Part shown: one piece after another, positions 15,188 to 24,438 of the stretch
How positions within the stretch are numbered: the stretch's first letter is position 1
Layout of the letters: every line of letters begins with the position of its first letter
NCBI GenBank assembly: GCA_031421335.1
Contig: JANOOM010000638.1
Location: 1 to 31,527, forward strand
Direction of reading: 5' to 3'
Length of the DNA stretch: 31,527 bases
Source of the DNA: Armatimonadota bacterium
Lineage (GTDB): Bacteria > Armatimonadota > Armatimonadia > Armatimonadales > Capsulimonadaceae
Notes under the pieces: generated by a model
The model's input: only the letters and a program-made list of their open reading frames with translations
Databases searched by the model: none
What the model was told of the DNA's origin: nothing
Translations under genes and position numbers: made by a program

Positions 15188-15376
15188 CTACTCCCCCCAC
15201 CGCCGAACGGCCGGCGAAAACCTGAGTGTAAAAGCCTTCCAACTGCGCCGTGATTGCCGCCCATCCATATTTACGTTATAACACAGGTCATTGACGACCC
15301 CATAGAGGACGGCCACCAGAGTCACTAGGCCGGTCCAGAGGAGCGCCGCTCCGAGGCGCACCGAGGCTGTCTTCAC
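15188..15376 (-). CDS. Small membrane protein, possibly 3'-disrupted
   Basis: The GTG start overlaps the GT2 stop (GTGA). One TM helix. The 3' half runs into lower-GC sequence. Confidence 0.45.
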   Translation of the reverse strand: MKTASVRLGAALLWTGLVTLVAVLYGVVNDLCYNVNMDGRQSRRSWKAFTLRFSPAVRRWGE

Positions 15377-16368
15377 GGGCAGGACTGGCTCAACACCAGC
15401 CGCCGCATCTCGGAGCGCGCGCCGATCTCCGACTGTGCCCCTTCAAGGTAGCGAAGATTGTAGATGACGCTAAGGGCGGCGAAAGCCGGCCCGGCCCGGC
15501 GGGCACGGTAGGCTACCGTGGCGGCGCCGAGCAGCAGGGCGCGCAGGGGCGCACTCAGAGGCGGGGCGGCTAGGGCGAGGTCGGCGAGGCGGCGGGTGAG
15601 GACGTTCCGGGCGTGGTAGCCGTGGCGAACGGTCTGCCAGGGGGTGTCGCCCCGGCGGGCGCGGACGACATCGAGCTGCCCGTAAGCGTGGGGCACGGCC
15701 AGCCAGGACGCGAAGCGGCGGTGGGGGCGATGAACACCCCGCGCCTGAGGGTCATGGACGAAGCGGACGCCGCACTGCCTTTCCAGGCGGACGGCAAGTT
15801 CGACGTCTTCCTGGCGCGGGAAATGCTCGTCGAAGCCGCCGACGGCTTGCAGGTGTTCGCGGCGCACGGAGGCGTTGCCGGAATAAAAGTGGTGTGGGCC
15901 ACAGCCCTCCCACTCACCGGTGCGCCAGGCAGTATATTGCTTTTCCAGCATGGCGTGTTCCCAGGCGATCCAGGGTGGCTCTTGCCACTGCAAAGCGGGG
16001 TCGGGCAGCATCGGGCCGATGACGACTTCTTTGTCTGCGCCGGCATGGTGGGCGGCGTGGCGTATCAGGAAGTCCGGGACGGGTTCCACATCGTCGTCCA
16101 GGAAGACGACGACGGTCCCGCGCGCCTCCCGGATGCCCCGGTTGCGGGCGCGGGCCGGGCCGCCGTTTTCCTGCGTGATGGGGCGCAGCGCGAACGAGGC
16201 GGTTTGGGCGTACTCGGCCAGCAGGGCGCTGGTGCCATCTGTGCTGCCGTCGGAAACGACGATGGCCTCGAAAGAGTCCGGGGAACACGACTGGCGGGCC
16301 AGGCCGTCCAAGGTGACCCGGAGGCTGTCCTTGCGGTTGAAGGTGGGGATGACGACGCTCAAGAACAT
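15373..16368 (-). CDS. Glycosyltransferase family 2
   Basis: [33 protein letters not shown] (DXD), FYSGNAS, EDVEL. Start placed at the ATG at 16368. Confidence 0.9.
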   Translation of the reverse strand: MFLSVVIPTFNRKDSLRVTLDGLARQSCSPDSFEAIVVSDGSTDGTSALLAEYAQTASFALRPITQENGGPARARNRGIREARGTVVVFLDDDVEPVPDFLIRHAAHHAGADKEVVIGPMLPDPALQWQEPPWIAWEHAMLEKQYTAWRTGEWEGCGPHHFYSGNASVRREHLQAVGGFDEHFPRQEDVELAVRLERQCGVRFVHDPQARGVHRPHRRFASWLAVPHAYGQLDVVRARRGDTPWQTVRHGYHARNVLTRRLADLALAAPPLSAPLRALLLGAATVAYRARRAGPAFAALSVIYNLRYLEGAQSEIGARSEMRRLVLSQSCP

Positions 16369-16913
16369 GGCTTGTCCAGCACCCGGATGAGTCGCGCGGG
16401 GACGCCACCGACCAGCGTGTAGGGCGCGACATCTTTGGTCACGACGGCGCCCGCGGCGACGACGGCCCCGCGCCCGATGGTGACGCCCTTCAGGACAGTG
16501 ACACGGGCGGCGAGCCAGACGTCGTCCTCGATCACGACGGGCCGCGCCTCCGGGGCGACGGTATGGTCGTGGGTGGAATGGAAGTCGGTGTCCATGATCA
16601 GGGTGAGGTTGCCGATGGCGCAGCGCGCCCCGATCTTCACCGAGCACTGCGCGGCGATGGAGGCCCCAGCATTGATGTAGGTGCGCTCGCCGATCTCGAG
16701 GACGCCCCCCGGCATGGCGGCAAGCTCGATGGGCAGGGGCAACCCGCGCAGGCGGACACGCTCGCCCAGCCGGATGGTGCCACCGTTGTCAACGAAGAGG
16801 CTGCCCTGGACCCGCACCCAGCGCCCGACCGAGGTGCAGCGGCGCGTCTTCCAACGGCTCGACAGCAGCAGCATGGCCAGGGCCGGCAGTGAGCGTAGTG
16901 AGTGTCTGCTCAC
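16359..16913 (-). CDS. Left-handed beta-helix (hexapeptide) O-acyltransferase
   Basis: [43 protein letters not shown]. The GTG start overlaps the upstream TGA. Confidence 0.88.
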   Translation of the reverse strand: MSRHSLRSLPALAMLLLSSRWKTRRCTSVGRWVRVQGSLFVDNGGTIRLGERVRLRGLPLPIELAAMPGGVLEIGERTYINAGASIAAQCSVKIGARCAIGNLTLIMDTDFHSTHDHTVAPEARPVVIEDDVWLAARVTVLKGVTIGRGAVVAAGAVVTKDVAPYTLVGGVPARLIRVLDKPCS

Positions 16914-17485
16914 GCGGCCTCCAGGCGCCGGATGAAGCGGGCGGGGACGCCGCCGACCAGCGTGTGGGGGGGCACGTCCCGAGTGACGACGGCCCCCGCC
17001 GCCACGACGGCACCCGCGCCGACCGTCACGCCTGGCAGCAGGGTGACGTTTGCGGCGATCCACGCCCCGTCCCCGACCGTGATTGGGGCGACTTCGAGGG
17101 TCCCCGCCCGGAAGTCGGGGGCGCCCATGGCGTGGTCAGTGGTCACGAAGACGCTGTGGTGGCCGACCGAGACGCCGTCCCCAAGGGTGACGGGCGCGGC
17201 AGCGTCCACGAACAGCGGGCTGTTAAGGAAGCAGCGGGCACCGATGCGGAGGTTCCGGCGCGGGTCCCCGCCCAGCCCGAACTGGATCGGGCCGGCGATC
17301 AGCGTGCCCCGGCCAACCGTGATTCCCGCCGCCCGGTACAGGCGCGTCCGCAAGCGGGCGCCCGCACCGGGCGGCCAGGCGGACGTCAGGCGGTCCACCG
17401 CCCAGAGGCCCAGCGGGAGCGGCCCGCGCTCTTCGCGCACGACTCGGGCCAGTCTGCTCATTCCTTCCGTTTTCTCGCGGCTCAT
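16910..17485 (-). CDS. Left-handed beta-helix O-acyltransferase (second copy)
   Basis: [42 protein letters not shown]. Confidence 0.88.
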   Translation of the reverse strand: MSREKTEGMSRLARVVREERGPLPLGLWAVDRLTSAWPPGAGARLRTRLYRAAGITVGRGTLIAGPIQFGLGGDPRRNLRIGARCFLNSPLFVDAAAPVTLGDGVSVGHHSVFVTTDHAMGAPDFRAGTLEVAPITVGDGAWIAANVTLLPGVTVGAGAVVAAGAVVTRDVPPHTLVGGVPARFIRRLEAA

Positions 17486-18468
17486 GGGCGCTCCAGCCCC
17501 CCCGCCGGCCGATAAAAGCGGGTCTGCCGGTCCACAGGCGTGCCGAGGCTGCGCCACAGTCCGGCCACCAGCCCCTGCAAGTAGCACAGATCGTTGTTCG
17601 GCCTCCGGCGCAGCAGCGCCTTGGCCGCAGCCCGCAGCCCCGCGCGGGCGATCCGGGCCAGCAGGACGCGGGCCGCCCAGCCGTCGCCGCAGCGGGCGTG
17701 TTTGGCATAGAAGGCGGCGTCGCCCGCCCCATAACTCCGCAGGACCGCGTGCCAGCGGTCTTCTGTGCGGAACGCCCGGTGGACGAGGACCACTGACGGC
17801 TCGGCCACTGTGGTCAGGCCCAGCCGCTGGGCGCGGTAGGAGAAGTCGAAGTCTTCCCCGCCGGGGAAGATGCCGCCGACGCCGAGGGCGGTATCGTAGA
17901 CGCCCACACGGTCCCAGGCGCTCCGCCGGAAGGCCATGTTCGCGCCCATGCCGAAGACCTCCCCGCGCGTCAAGATGCGGCGGGCGTCGAAGTAGAGGCA
18001 GGGAACTGAGACGTCCCGGCCGAGGTGCTCCGGCAGCATGTGGACCTGGCCGAAGATCAGGCCGAACTCCAGATTGTCGGCAAACACGCGGGCGATCGCG
18101 GCGACCCAGCCCGGCGGCGCCTCGCAGTCGTCGTCGGTGAAAGCGATGATCTCGCCCTGGGCCAGACCGACCGCGAGGTTGCGGGCCGCGCTCAGGCCGC
18201 GCGTCTCAGTCGGGACGTAGCGCAGGGCAGGGCAGCGGCCCTGGAGGGCGAGGACGATCGCGGCCGTCTCGCGGCCGTCGCTCTGGTCCACCACAATGAC
18301 CTCGAAGTCGGGGTAATCGTTCGCCAGCACCGTCGGCAGGGCATGGACGAGGTCCTGCGGCCGGTTGCGGGTGCAGATGAGCACGGAGACCTTGGGGGGG
18401 ACGCCCTGCGGGGAGTCCTCCGGCGCACTCCGGGGCGTGTTCACGGGCGTGTCTGCGGGCTCGTTCAT
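17482..18468 (-). CDS. Glycosyltransferase family 2
   Basis: VSVLICTRNRP, VVDQS, GLSAARN, AFTDDD, GANMAFRR, GGEDFD. The ATG at 18468 overlaps the flippase stop. Confidence 0.9.
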   Translation of the reverse strand: MNEPADTPVNTPRSAPEDSPQGVPPKVSVLICTRNRPQDLVHALPTVLANDYPDFEVIVVDQSDGRETAAIVLALQGRCPALRYVPTETRGLSAARNLAVGLAQGEIIAFTDDDCEAPPGWVAAIARVFADNLEFGLIFGQVHMLPEHLGRDVSVPCLYFDARRILTRGEVFGMGANMAFRRSAWDRVGVYDTALGVGGIFPGGEDFDFSYRAQRLGLTTVAEPSVVLVHRAFRTEDRWHAVLRSYGAGDAAFYAKHARCGDGWAARVLLARIARAGLRAAAKALLRRRPNNDLCYLQGLVAGLWRSLGTPVDRQTRFYRPAGGLERP

Positions 18469-19937
18469 GAGACTCCCATCCGGCCCTTCACCATCTGCCG
18501 CACCATCTGGACGTCGGCAGGGTGCAGGCAGCGCAGCAGCCAGCATAGGGCGGCGTACACTAACAGGCCGGGGACCAGCAGCAGCAGGCCCGCCCGGTCG
18601 TGGACGAAGTAGAACAAGCCCACCAGGGGCAGGGCGGCGGCGGCGGCGCGCGCCAGGGTCATGAAGCTGCCGCCGCCGACGAAGCCGGGCGGCAGGGCGC
18701 GGATGTAGGCGGTGACCATGTACGCCTCGATCAGCACGTCGCCCAGGACCGCGCCAACGGCCCCATTGTGGAACGCGCGCTGGGTCAGGAAGATCAAAGT
18801 GCCGGTGACCGGCACGCAGATCAAGGCGGAAACGGCGGTGATACGGCTCAAGGCGGCCTGCCGGTCGCTGGCGATCAGGGCGGTCCCGGCGGCCTGGGAG
18901 ACGAACCACAGAATGATAGCCGCCCCGAGGATCATCAGGACGGGCGCGGCGGGGGCGAAGCCGGCCCCACTGCCGGTGACCAGGGCGATGATACGTCCGG
19001 GGGCCATGACCAGTACGGCGGCGAAGGGCACGGCGCAGATGACGACGAAGTTGAACATGCGCCGGGCGGCCGCCTCGAAGGCGGGCCGATCCTCGCGGAA
19101 GACGCGCGAGAGGGCGGGCAGCATGGCCCCGGTCAGGGCCATGGGGAGGAACAAGGTCGTCGCGCCGAGCCGCTTGGCCAGCCCGTACCAGCCGATGGCC
19201 TCGAAGCTGCTCAGTTTGGACATCAGGAGGGCATCGCAGTTGCCGTAAACGGCGACGAAGACGGCGGTCGTCAGGAACGGCAGGCCCTGCCGGGCGAGCG
19301 CGCTGACCGTGGCGCGGGACGGACGGCGCGCGGACTTCAAGTAAGGCCCGAAGGCGCTCAGATTGATGAGCAGGGCGACGGCCCCGCTGACGCCGCCGGC
19401 ACCGGCGATCATCCATAGAGGGGCGTGGGCGCGGATGAGGCAGACCACGAGAACGGCCAGAACGGCCTTGTCGGCGAGGGTGGCGGCGTTCTGGCGCGGG
19501 ATTTCCTGGAGGCCACGCAGGGCCGAGCCGAGGGCATCGGAGAGTATGGCGACGAGCATGGCGGCAAGCGAAACGGCGACGAGGAGGCGCACGGACGGGC
19601 CGTAGCCCATCGCGCGGGCGACGGCCCACCCGGCGACGATGGAGAGCAGCCCGATCGGCAGGCGCAGGGACAGGGCGGCCAGGGTCAGCTCGGCGGTGCG
19701 GTCCGGGTCGCGGGCGATGTCGCGCGTCAGGACCGTCGAGGTGCCAAGCCCCATGGCGATGGCGAACACGCCGGCGAAGGACCCGGCGAATGTCAGCAGG
19801 CCCAGGCCGTGCGCCCCGACATAGCGGGTCAAGTAGACGGTCAAGACGAAGGTCACGCCCCACGACAGGAGCTGCGAGCCGAGTGTCGCCAGAACGTTGC
19901 GGGCCACCAGACCCGAACGGGTCATCTTAGGATTCAT
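18465..19937 (-). CDS. Wzx-type polysaccharide flippase
   Basis: Many TM segments, RNVLATL, LGTSTVLTRDIAR, IGWYGLAKRL, AMLPALSR. The ATG at 19937 overlaps the upstream stop. Confidence 0.88.
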   Translation of the reverse strand: MNPKMTRSGLVARNVLATLGSQLLSWGVTFVLTVYLTRYVGAHGLGLLTFAGSFAGVFAIAMGLGTSTVLTRDIARDPDRTAELTLAALSLRLPIGLLSIVAGWAVARAMGYGPSVRLLVAVSLAAMLVAILSDALGSALRGLQEIPRQNAATLADKAVLAVLVVCLIRAHAPLWMIAGAGGVSGAVALLINLSAFGPYLKSARRPSRATVSALARQGLPFLTTAVFVAVYGNCDALLMSKLSSFEAIGWYGLAKRLGATTLFLPMALTGAMLPALSRVFREDRPAFEAAARRMFNFVVICAVPFAAVLVMAPGRIIALVTGSGAGFAPAAPVLMILGAAIILWFVSQAAGTALIASDRQAALSRITAVSALICVPVTGTLIFLTQRAFHNGAVGAVLGDVLIEAYMVTAYIRALPPGFVGGGSFMTLARAAAAALPLVGLFYFVHDRAGLLLLVPGLLVYAALCWLLRCLHPADVQMVRQMVKGRMGVS

Positions 19938-21565
19938 CGCGCCGCCTCCTTGCGGGTCATCGCCGGGGCGGGGGCCAGGGTGGGTAGGGCGGCGGCCATG
20001 CCAGCCCAAAGCCCCGCAAACAGCATGTCGCGGAAATTCGAAAACTGCAAGTCAAGCAGGCCGAAGATCTGGAGAGTGCCGATGATCAGCAGGGCGGTCA
20101 GAGCGACGGCCTTGACGTCGGGGGCGGCGGCCGGGTCGCGGACGGTGCGGGCGGCGCAGACGATGATGGCGGCGACCATCATCCAGAAGGCCAGGAATCC
20201 GAAGGAGCCGACGCGCATCCAGACCCACAAGACCTGGTTGTGGGTCATGATGTCCCACCACTCATAGTCTTTGCTGATGTCGGCGATGGGGACGGCGTGG
20301 AACATGTGCTTGCCGTAACCAAAGCCTTGCAGGGGTGCGGACCGGATGGTCGCCATCAGGTCGGCGTTTTCGGCATCCCGGTAGGCGTTGGAGGAGGCGT
20401 CGCGCGGGTCCGGCTGGAACTGGGACTTTATGGCGCGGGCGGGCTGGGCGAGCAGGTTGTCGCTGTTCTGGAAAGCGACGTAGTAGCCGGCGAAGAGGAC
20501 GAAGCCGGCCACCGACAGCGCGGAGATCAGGCGCCGCCGCGCGGGCAGGGCCTGGTAGGCGGCCAGAACGAGCAATGGGATGATGACGATGAAGGCCGCC
20601 GTGCCGGCCCGGCGGTTGCAGGCGAGGCTACCGAGCAGGACGAACGGCAAGAGGGCAATCATGGCCCAGCGCAGGCGGGTGTGCGCGCCGAAGACGGACA
20701 GGGCGAGCAGCAGGGCGGCGAAGCAGTCGAAGAAGAAGACCTCTTCGTGCGCGTCAATGCCCTGGTCGGGCAGCGGCAGCCCATGCAGGGTGACATAGCG
20801 CCGGAGGGTCAGCAGGACGCCTTTCAGCGCGGCGCAGGCGGCGACCGTCCACAGGATAGCCGAAAGCTGACGCCGGTCCCGGACCATGTTGACGGCCATC
20901 AAATAGGCCAGCCCGAAGTAGAACTGGGAGCGCACTTCCTGGAGCGAGACCTTGAAGTCGCCGCCGGTCAGCATGCCGTTGACCCAGCCCACCAGGACGA
21001 ACGCCATGTAGATCCCGATGGGCAGCAGCAGCGGGCCGCCGCGCAGGGAGGTGTTCTGAGTGTAAACGGCGCGCAGGCAAGAGCAGATGCCCGCCGTCAG
21101 GATGAAGATCTCGAAGAGGTTCAGCGGGACGCCCTTGAAGTCGGCATGGGCGTAGATCTGGAAGATGGTGTTGACGTTCCAGAAGAAGGGGATGCGGTCG
21201 GTCAAGGCGTCCGCGTACTGGCGCCCGTCCAGCCCCGAGACCGGCCCCGTCTCGAACAGGCACACGGCGACGAGGGTCCCGTAGAGCACGAAGCGCGGGA
21301 AGCGCCACAGCAGGACCGGGGTCAGGACGCCCGCCAGCAGCGCGACGGGCAGCAGGATGTTGTCCAGGCCGAAGGCGACGAAGGAGAAGGCGACCAGGCC
21401 AGCCAGCAGTCCGCCGCCGAGCAGGAACCAGCGCGCACGCGCCTGGGCCTGGCCGGCGTATTGCTCGGCCGTGGGCATGGCGCTGAAGACGTGCGCGTCC
21501 TCGGCCCCGTCAGGCGGGGCGTCGGGGGCGGTGAGTTTTTCGAGTTTTTGCAGCAGAGCGTTCAT
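19934..21565 (-). CDS. Wzy/O-antigen-ligase-like polytopic membrane protein
   Basis: Multi-TM protein with NRRAG, a periplasmic loop (SSNAYRDAEN...PLQGFGYG) and THNQVLWVWMRVG. Confidence 0.82.
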   Translation of the reverse strand: MNALLQKLEKLTAPDAPPDGAEDAHVFSAMPTAEQYAGQAQARARWFLLGGGLLAGLVAFSFVAFGLDNILLPVALLAGVLTPVLLWRFPRFVLYGTLVAVCLFETGPVSGLDGRQYADALTDRIPFFWNVNTIFQIYAHADFKGVPLNLFEIFILTAGICSCLRAVYTQNTSLRGGPLLLPIGIYMAFVLVGWVNGMLTGGDFKVSLQEVRSQFYFGLAYLMAVNMVRDRRQLSAILWTVAACAALKGVLLTLRRYVTLHGLPLPDQGIDAHEEVFFFDCFAALLLALSVFGAHTRLRWAMIALLPFVLLGSLACNRRAGTAAFIVIIPLLVLAAYQALPARRRLISALSVAGFVLFAGYYVAFQNSDNLLAQPARAIKSQFQPDPRDASSNAYRDAENADLMATIRSAPLQGFGYGKHMFHAVPIADISKDYEWWDIMTHNQVLWVWMRVGSFGFLAFWMMVAAIIVCAARTVRDPAAAPDVKAVALTALLIIGTLQIFGLLDLQFSNFRDMLFAGLWAGMAAALPTLAPAPAMTRKEAAR

Positions 21566-21583
21566 TTTTAAGAGCGTGAGAAC

Positions 21584-21718
21584 GGGCGGTTGAAACCGCG
21601 CCAACAAGGGCACAAAACCTGCCTCCGCAGGTTAAGAGCAGAAGTCTAAGACTCCAATCTGGAGTCTGAGTCCACGAAGGTGGACTTTGTGAGGTTATTG
21701 GCGCGGCTTCAACCGCCC
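21584..21718. repeat. 135-bp composite palindromic (REPIN/MITE-like) element
   Basis: 21-bp terminal inverted repeats matching 20/21 (GGGCGGTTGAAACCGCGCCAA). Internal hairpins lie at 21616-21633, 21649-21667 and 21669-21686. Confidence 0.85.
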
Positions 21719-23955
21719 GCTTTTAGCGGTACGCGCAGCAGGGTCACGGACTGTGGCGGCAGAGTCAGGACGGCCCGCAGCGGGGCCGGCGGGAAGACGA
21801 CGATCTGTTTAGGATTATCGGCGTCGCAGCGCCACATCTTCACCGTCCCGGCGGGCGCAATGCCGTGGATGACAAGCGGGGCCGTGATCGTGGCCTTGGA
21901 CATCTTGTTGACGAGCATCAGCGTCAGCTCGCCGGTGCGGCTGTCGGTGGCAGCGTAGGCGGACAGCCGGCCTTGGTCGGCGCTCGATGCCGTGCAGGCA
22001 ATGTCGCCGAAGCCGTTCCCGCGCCCGTCGGCATTGCGGTACAGCTTGAAGGCGAGGTAGCCCGGCGAGTCCTTGTCGGGGTAGGCCCAGTAGTCGGCCA
22101 GATAGAGATTTTCGCGCCCAAAGATGCCCAAAGCGTCGGCGATGGCTAGCCCGCCGTTCATATGGGAGTCGTTGCCGAAGTTCCATTCGGTCAGCCCGAG
22201 CCGTGTGCCGGGGTAGCCCGTGCCGATCCAGCCCTTGAGGCGCGGGATCAGATTTACCGGGGCGGCGATCCAAGACTCATCTTGGTAGGTGGGGTCCCAC
22301 AGACTGCGCGTGGAGCGCAGGCGCAGGGCCTGCGTCGCCTTATCGTTCTGGCCGCCGAAGACGCCGGCACCCTGGGGGTAATAGTGAACGTCCAGCACGT
22401 CCAAACTCCGCCGGCCCGCCTGAGCGTCGTGGGCATGTACCCGCTTGAGGAACCAGAGCAGAAACGGGTCGCCGCCGTGGTGGTTCTGGTCGGTGTGGGT
22501 GTGGAAGTTGTCGGTGCCCCGGTCGAGCGCGGAGTAATTGTACCCGGTCCAGCCCCAGGAGACGGGGCCGGTGACTAAGGCGGTCGGGTCCACGGCCTTG
22601 ACGGCGGGGGCGTATTCCAGGAAATTCCGCAGCACGTCGTCGTAGCCCATGCGGGCCGGGTGGACGTCGGTGTGGGTCGAGTCCCACAGATCCGGCTCGT
22701 TGTCCATGGCGAAAAACTGCACGCCGCCGTGCGCGCCGTCGCCGAAGGTCGTCTTCAGGTGGTGGACCCACTCGTCCTGGTACACGACGCCCCCGGCCAG
22801 TGTCGGGGTGTCGGTGAACGGTGCGCCCTTGCGGGCGGCCGACCGGACGCTGGTCCGGGCGCGGTTGGCGGCGGGGTCGTAGCCCGCGACCGCGCCGTCC
22901 ACGCCGTTCAGTCCCTCCCCGCCTCCGTTCGGGACGTTGGCGGAAGCGTTGGCATTGTCGGCGTCGCGGGCGACCCACCCGATGGTCGGCACGGTCAGCA
23001 GGGTGGCCGCCCCATGGGCGCGGTCGGCCCGGACGAAAGCGTCGGCGGCGGACGAGGGGCCGGGTGGCGGGGTCGCGTTTGTGGCACTCCGGTTGCGGTA
23101 GCCCCAGTCGTGGGCGGCGTTCTCGGCGTTGCCCTGCACCCAGTTGTAGCGCGTCTTGTCGTTGCCGCCCCAGCGGTTCAAGGGCAGGCGCAGGTCGGAG
23201 ACATAGTCCTCGGGGGCCATCGCCATGCCGTAGATGAACGGCGAGATCGGGTGCCGCCCAGCCCCGGCGTTGACCGTGACGGCGACCGTGGCAGCCGTCG
23301 GCGCGGACGGCAGGGAGGGGTCAGGCAGGAAAGAAACGTCGTCCACGGCCAGGGCGGGTTGGGCACTCTCTTCCGGCTGGAAGATGACCCCACTGACCGG
23401 CGGCCCACCGCGCGGAACGCCTAGGGCGGCCAGCGGGATGCGGAGGAGGCGCCAGCCGGGCCGGCCCGCCGGGTCGGGGTGCGAGTAGGGGGCGAGGGAC
23501 GTGTAAGGCAGGAACTTGCCGCCGCCGTCCACGAGGCAGACGCGCGGGGCCGTGTCGCCGGAGACGAACGCTTCCAGGACGCCGTATCCGCCCGTGTCAA
23601 AAGGGTCGTGGTGGAGGAACAAGCCCCGGTTGCCGCCGGGCTGGAGGAGGATGGCACTCCTGCCGGAATGGACCTGGCTCTGGTGGCTGAGGTCGCGCGT
23701 CCCCCAGGACCAGTCCTGCCAGCCGTCGCCGAGTGCGTCGCCGTAGACGACCATCGGATCGTCCGCCCGCTCGGCGGGCAGGGTGGCGGCCGAGGCCGGC
23801 TCGCCCTTAACGGCCCGGTAAAGGCTTCTGGCGAGGTGATGCAGGTGTCCGTGTCCGTCTTTCGCACGGCGGGCGACACTCGCCCCTAGCAGGGCGGCGG
23901 AAAGCGCGGCGGTTAAGACGAGCAGCACGATGGAGGGCTTGACGTGCAGTTTCAA
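21709..23955 (-). CDS. GH44-family endo-beta-glycanase with N-terminal signal/anchor and CBM-like domain
   Basis: RWGGNDKTRYNW, DNEPDLW (acid/base Glu), LDVHYYP, LTEWNFG (nucleophile Glu), ALGIFGR. A probable TTG start at 23955 precedes a hydrophobic segment. Confidence 0.82.
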   Translation of the reverse strand: MKLHVKPSIVLLVLTAALSAALLGASVARRAKDGHGHLHHLARSLYRAVKGEPASAATLPAERADDPMVVYGDALGDGWQDWSWGTRDLSHQSQVHSGRSAILLQPGGNRGLFLHHDPFDTGGYGVLEAFVSGDTAPRVCLVDGGGKFLPYTSLAPYSHPDPAGRPGWRLLRIPLAALGVPRGGPPVSGVIFQPEESAQPALAVDDVSFLPDPSLPSAPTAATVAVTVNAGAGRHPISPFIYGMAMAPEDYVSDLRLPLNRWGGNDKTRYNWVQGNAENAAHDWGYRNRSATNATPPPGPSSAADAFVRADRAHGAATLLTVPTIGWVARDADNANASANVPNGGGEGLNGVDGAVAGYDPAANRARTSVRSAARKGAPFTDTPTLAGGVVYQDEWVHHLKTTFGDGAHGGVQFFAMDNEPDLWDSTHTDVHPARMGYDDVLRNFLEYAPAVKAVDPTALVTGPVSWGWTGYNYSALDRGTDNFHTHTDQNHHGGDPFLLWFLKRVHAHDAQAGRRSLDVLDVHYYPQGAGVFGGQNDKATQALRLRSTRSLWDPTYQDESWIAAPVNLIPRLKGWIGTGYPGTRLGLTEWNFGNDSHMNGGLAIADALGIFGRENLYLADYWAYPDKDSPGYLAFKLYRNADGRGNGFGDIACTASSADQGRLSAYAATDSRTGELTLMLVNKMSKATITAPLVIHGIAPAGTVKMWRCDADNPKQIVVFPPAPLRAVLTLPPQSVTLLRVPLKAGG

Positions 23956-24031
23956 TTGGGGGTAGCCTTTGTGAAAGGGCCTTGCGCGCCGGACGGCGCG
24001 GGGCGTAGTGCAGGGATGATACCTCACCCCC

Positions 24032-24047
24032 TTGCATAAGTCATGCC
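24032..24047 (-). promoter_or_regulatory. Putative sigma54 (-24/-12) promoter of the polysaccharide operon
   Basis: Minus strand TGGCATGACTTATGCA has GG-N10-GC spacing and matches TGGCAC-N5-TTGC closely. It lies about 77 nt before the GH44 start. Confidence 0.6.
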
Positions 24048-24438
24048 AAAGCCCCGTGCCTGCTAGAACGCGACAGGAATGCCGACAGTCCCGCCCCCGC
24101 TGCCCCAGCGCCCACCGCCCCGGCGCCCCCTGGGCGGGCGTGTGCGGACGTGGACCTCGGAAGCGCTCTTGCCGTTCGCGCTGACGACGCGTGCCCGGAA
24201 GATGCGGCCCGCCTAGGGCGCCGCCCGGATAGTCTCCCACGCCACCTCCGCGCGCCGCCCCGGCGGCTGCGGAGCGCGGCATCTGGCGGACGATGGAAAA
24301 CACGGGAAGCGCCATAGCGAGGAGACAGACGAGGCCCAGTGCCCATTTCTTCCTCTTGTCGGTGCCTCCACGTTCTTGACGGCATCATGGCGGAGGACCA
24401 TGAAAAGCGCATGAAGACGGCGCTTCCTTTCTCGCGCC

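Noticed and set aside
16369-16647. N-terminal extension of the GT2 ORF 15373-16647
   Set aside because: It overlaps the acyltransferase in another frame. GT2 motifs start right after the ATG at 16368.
18469-19863. 793-aa ORF 17482-19863 as one protein
   Set aside because: The N-terminal ~465 aa is an off-frame shadow of the flippase. The real GT2 starts at 18468.
23956-24315. N-terminal extension of the GH44 ORF
   Set aside because: It is Arg/Gly-rich and not protein-like, and it spans the putative promoter. The hydrophobic signal segment starts near 23955.
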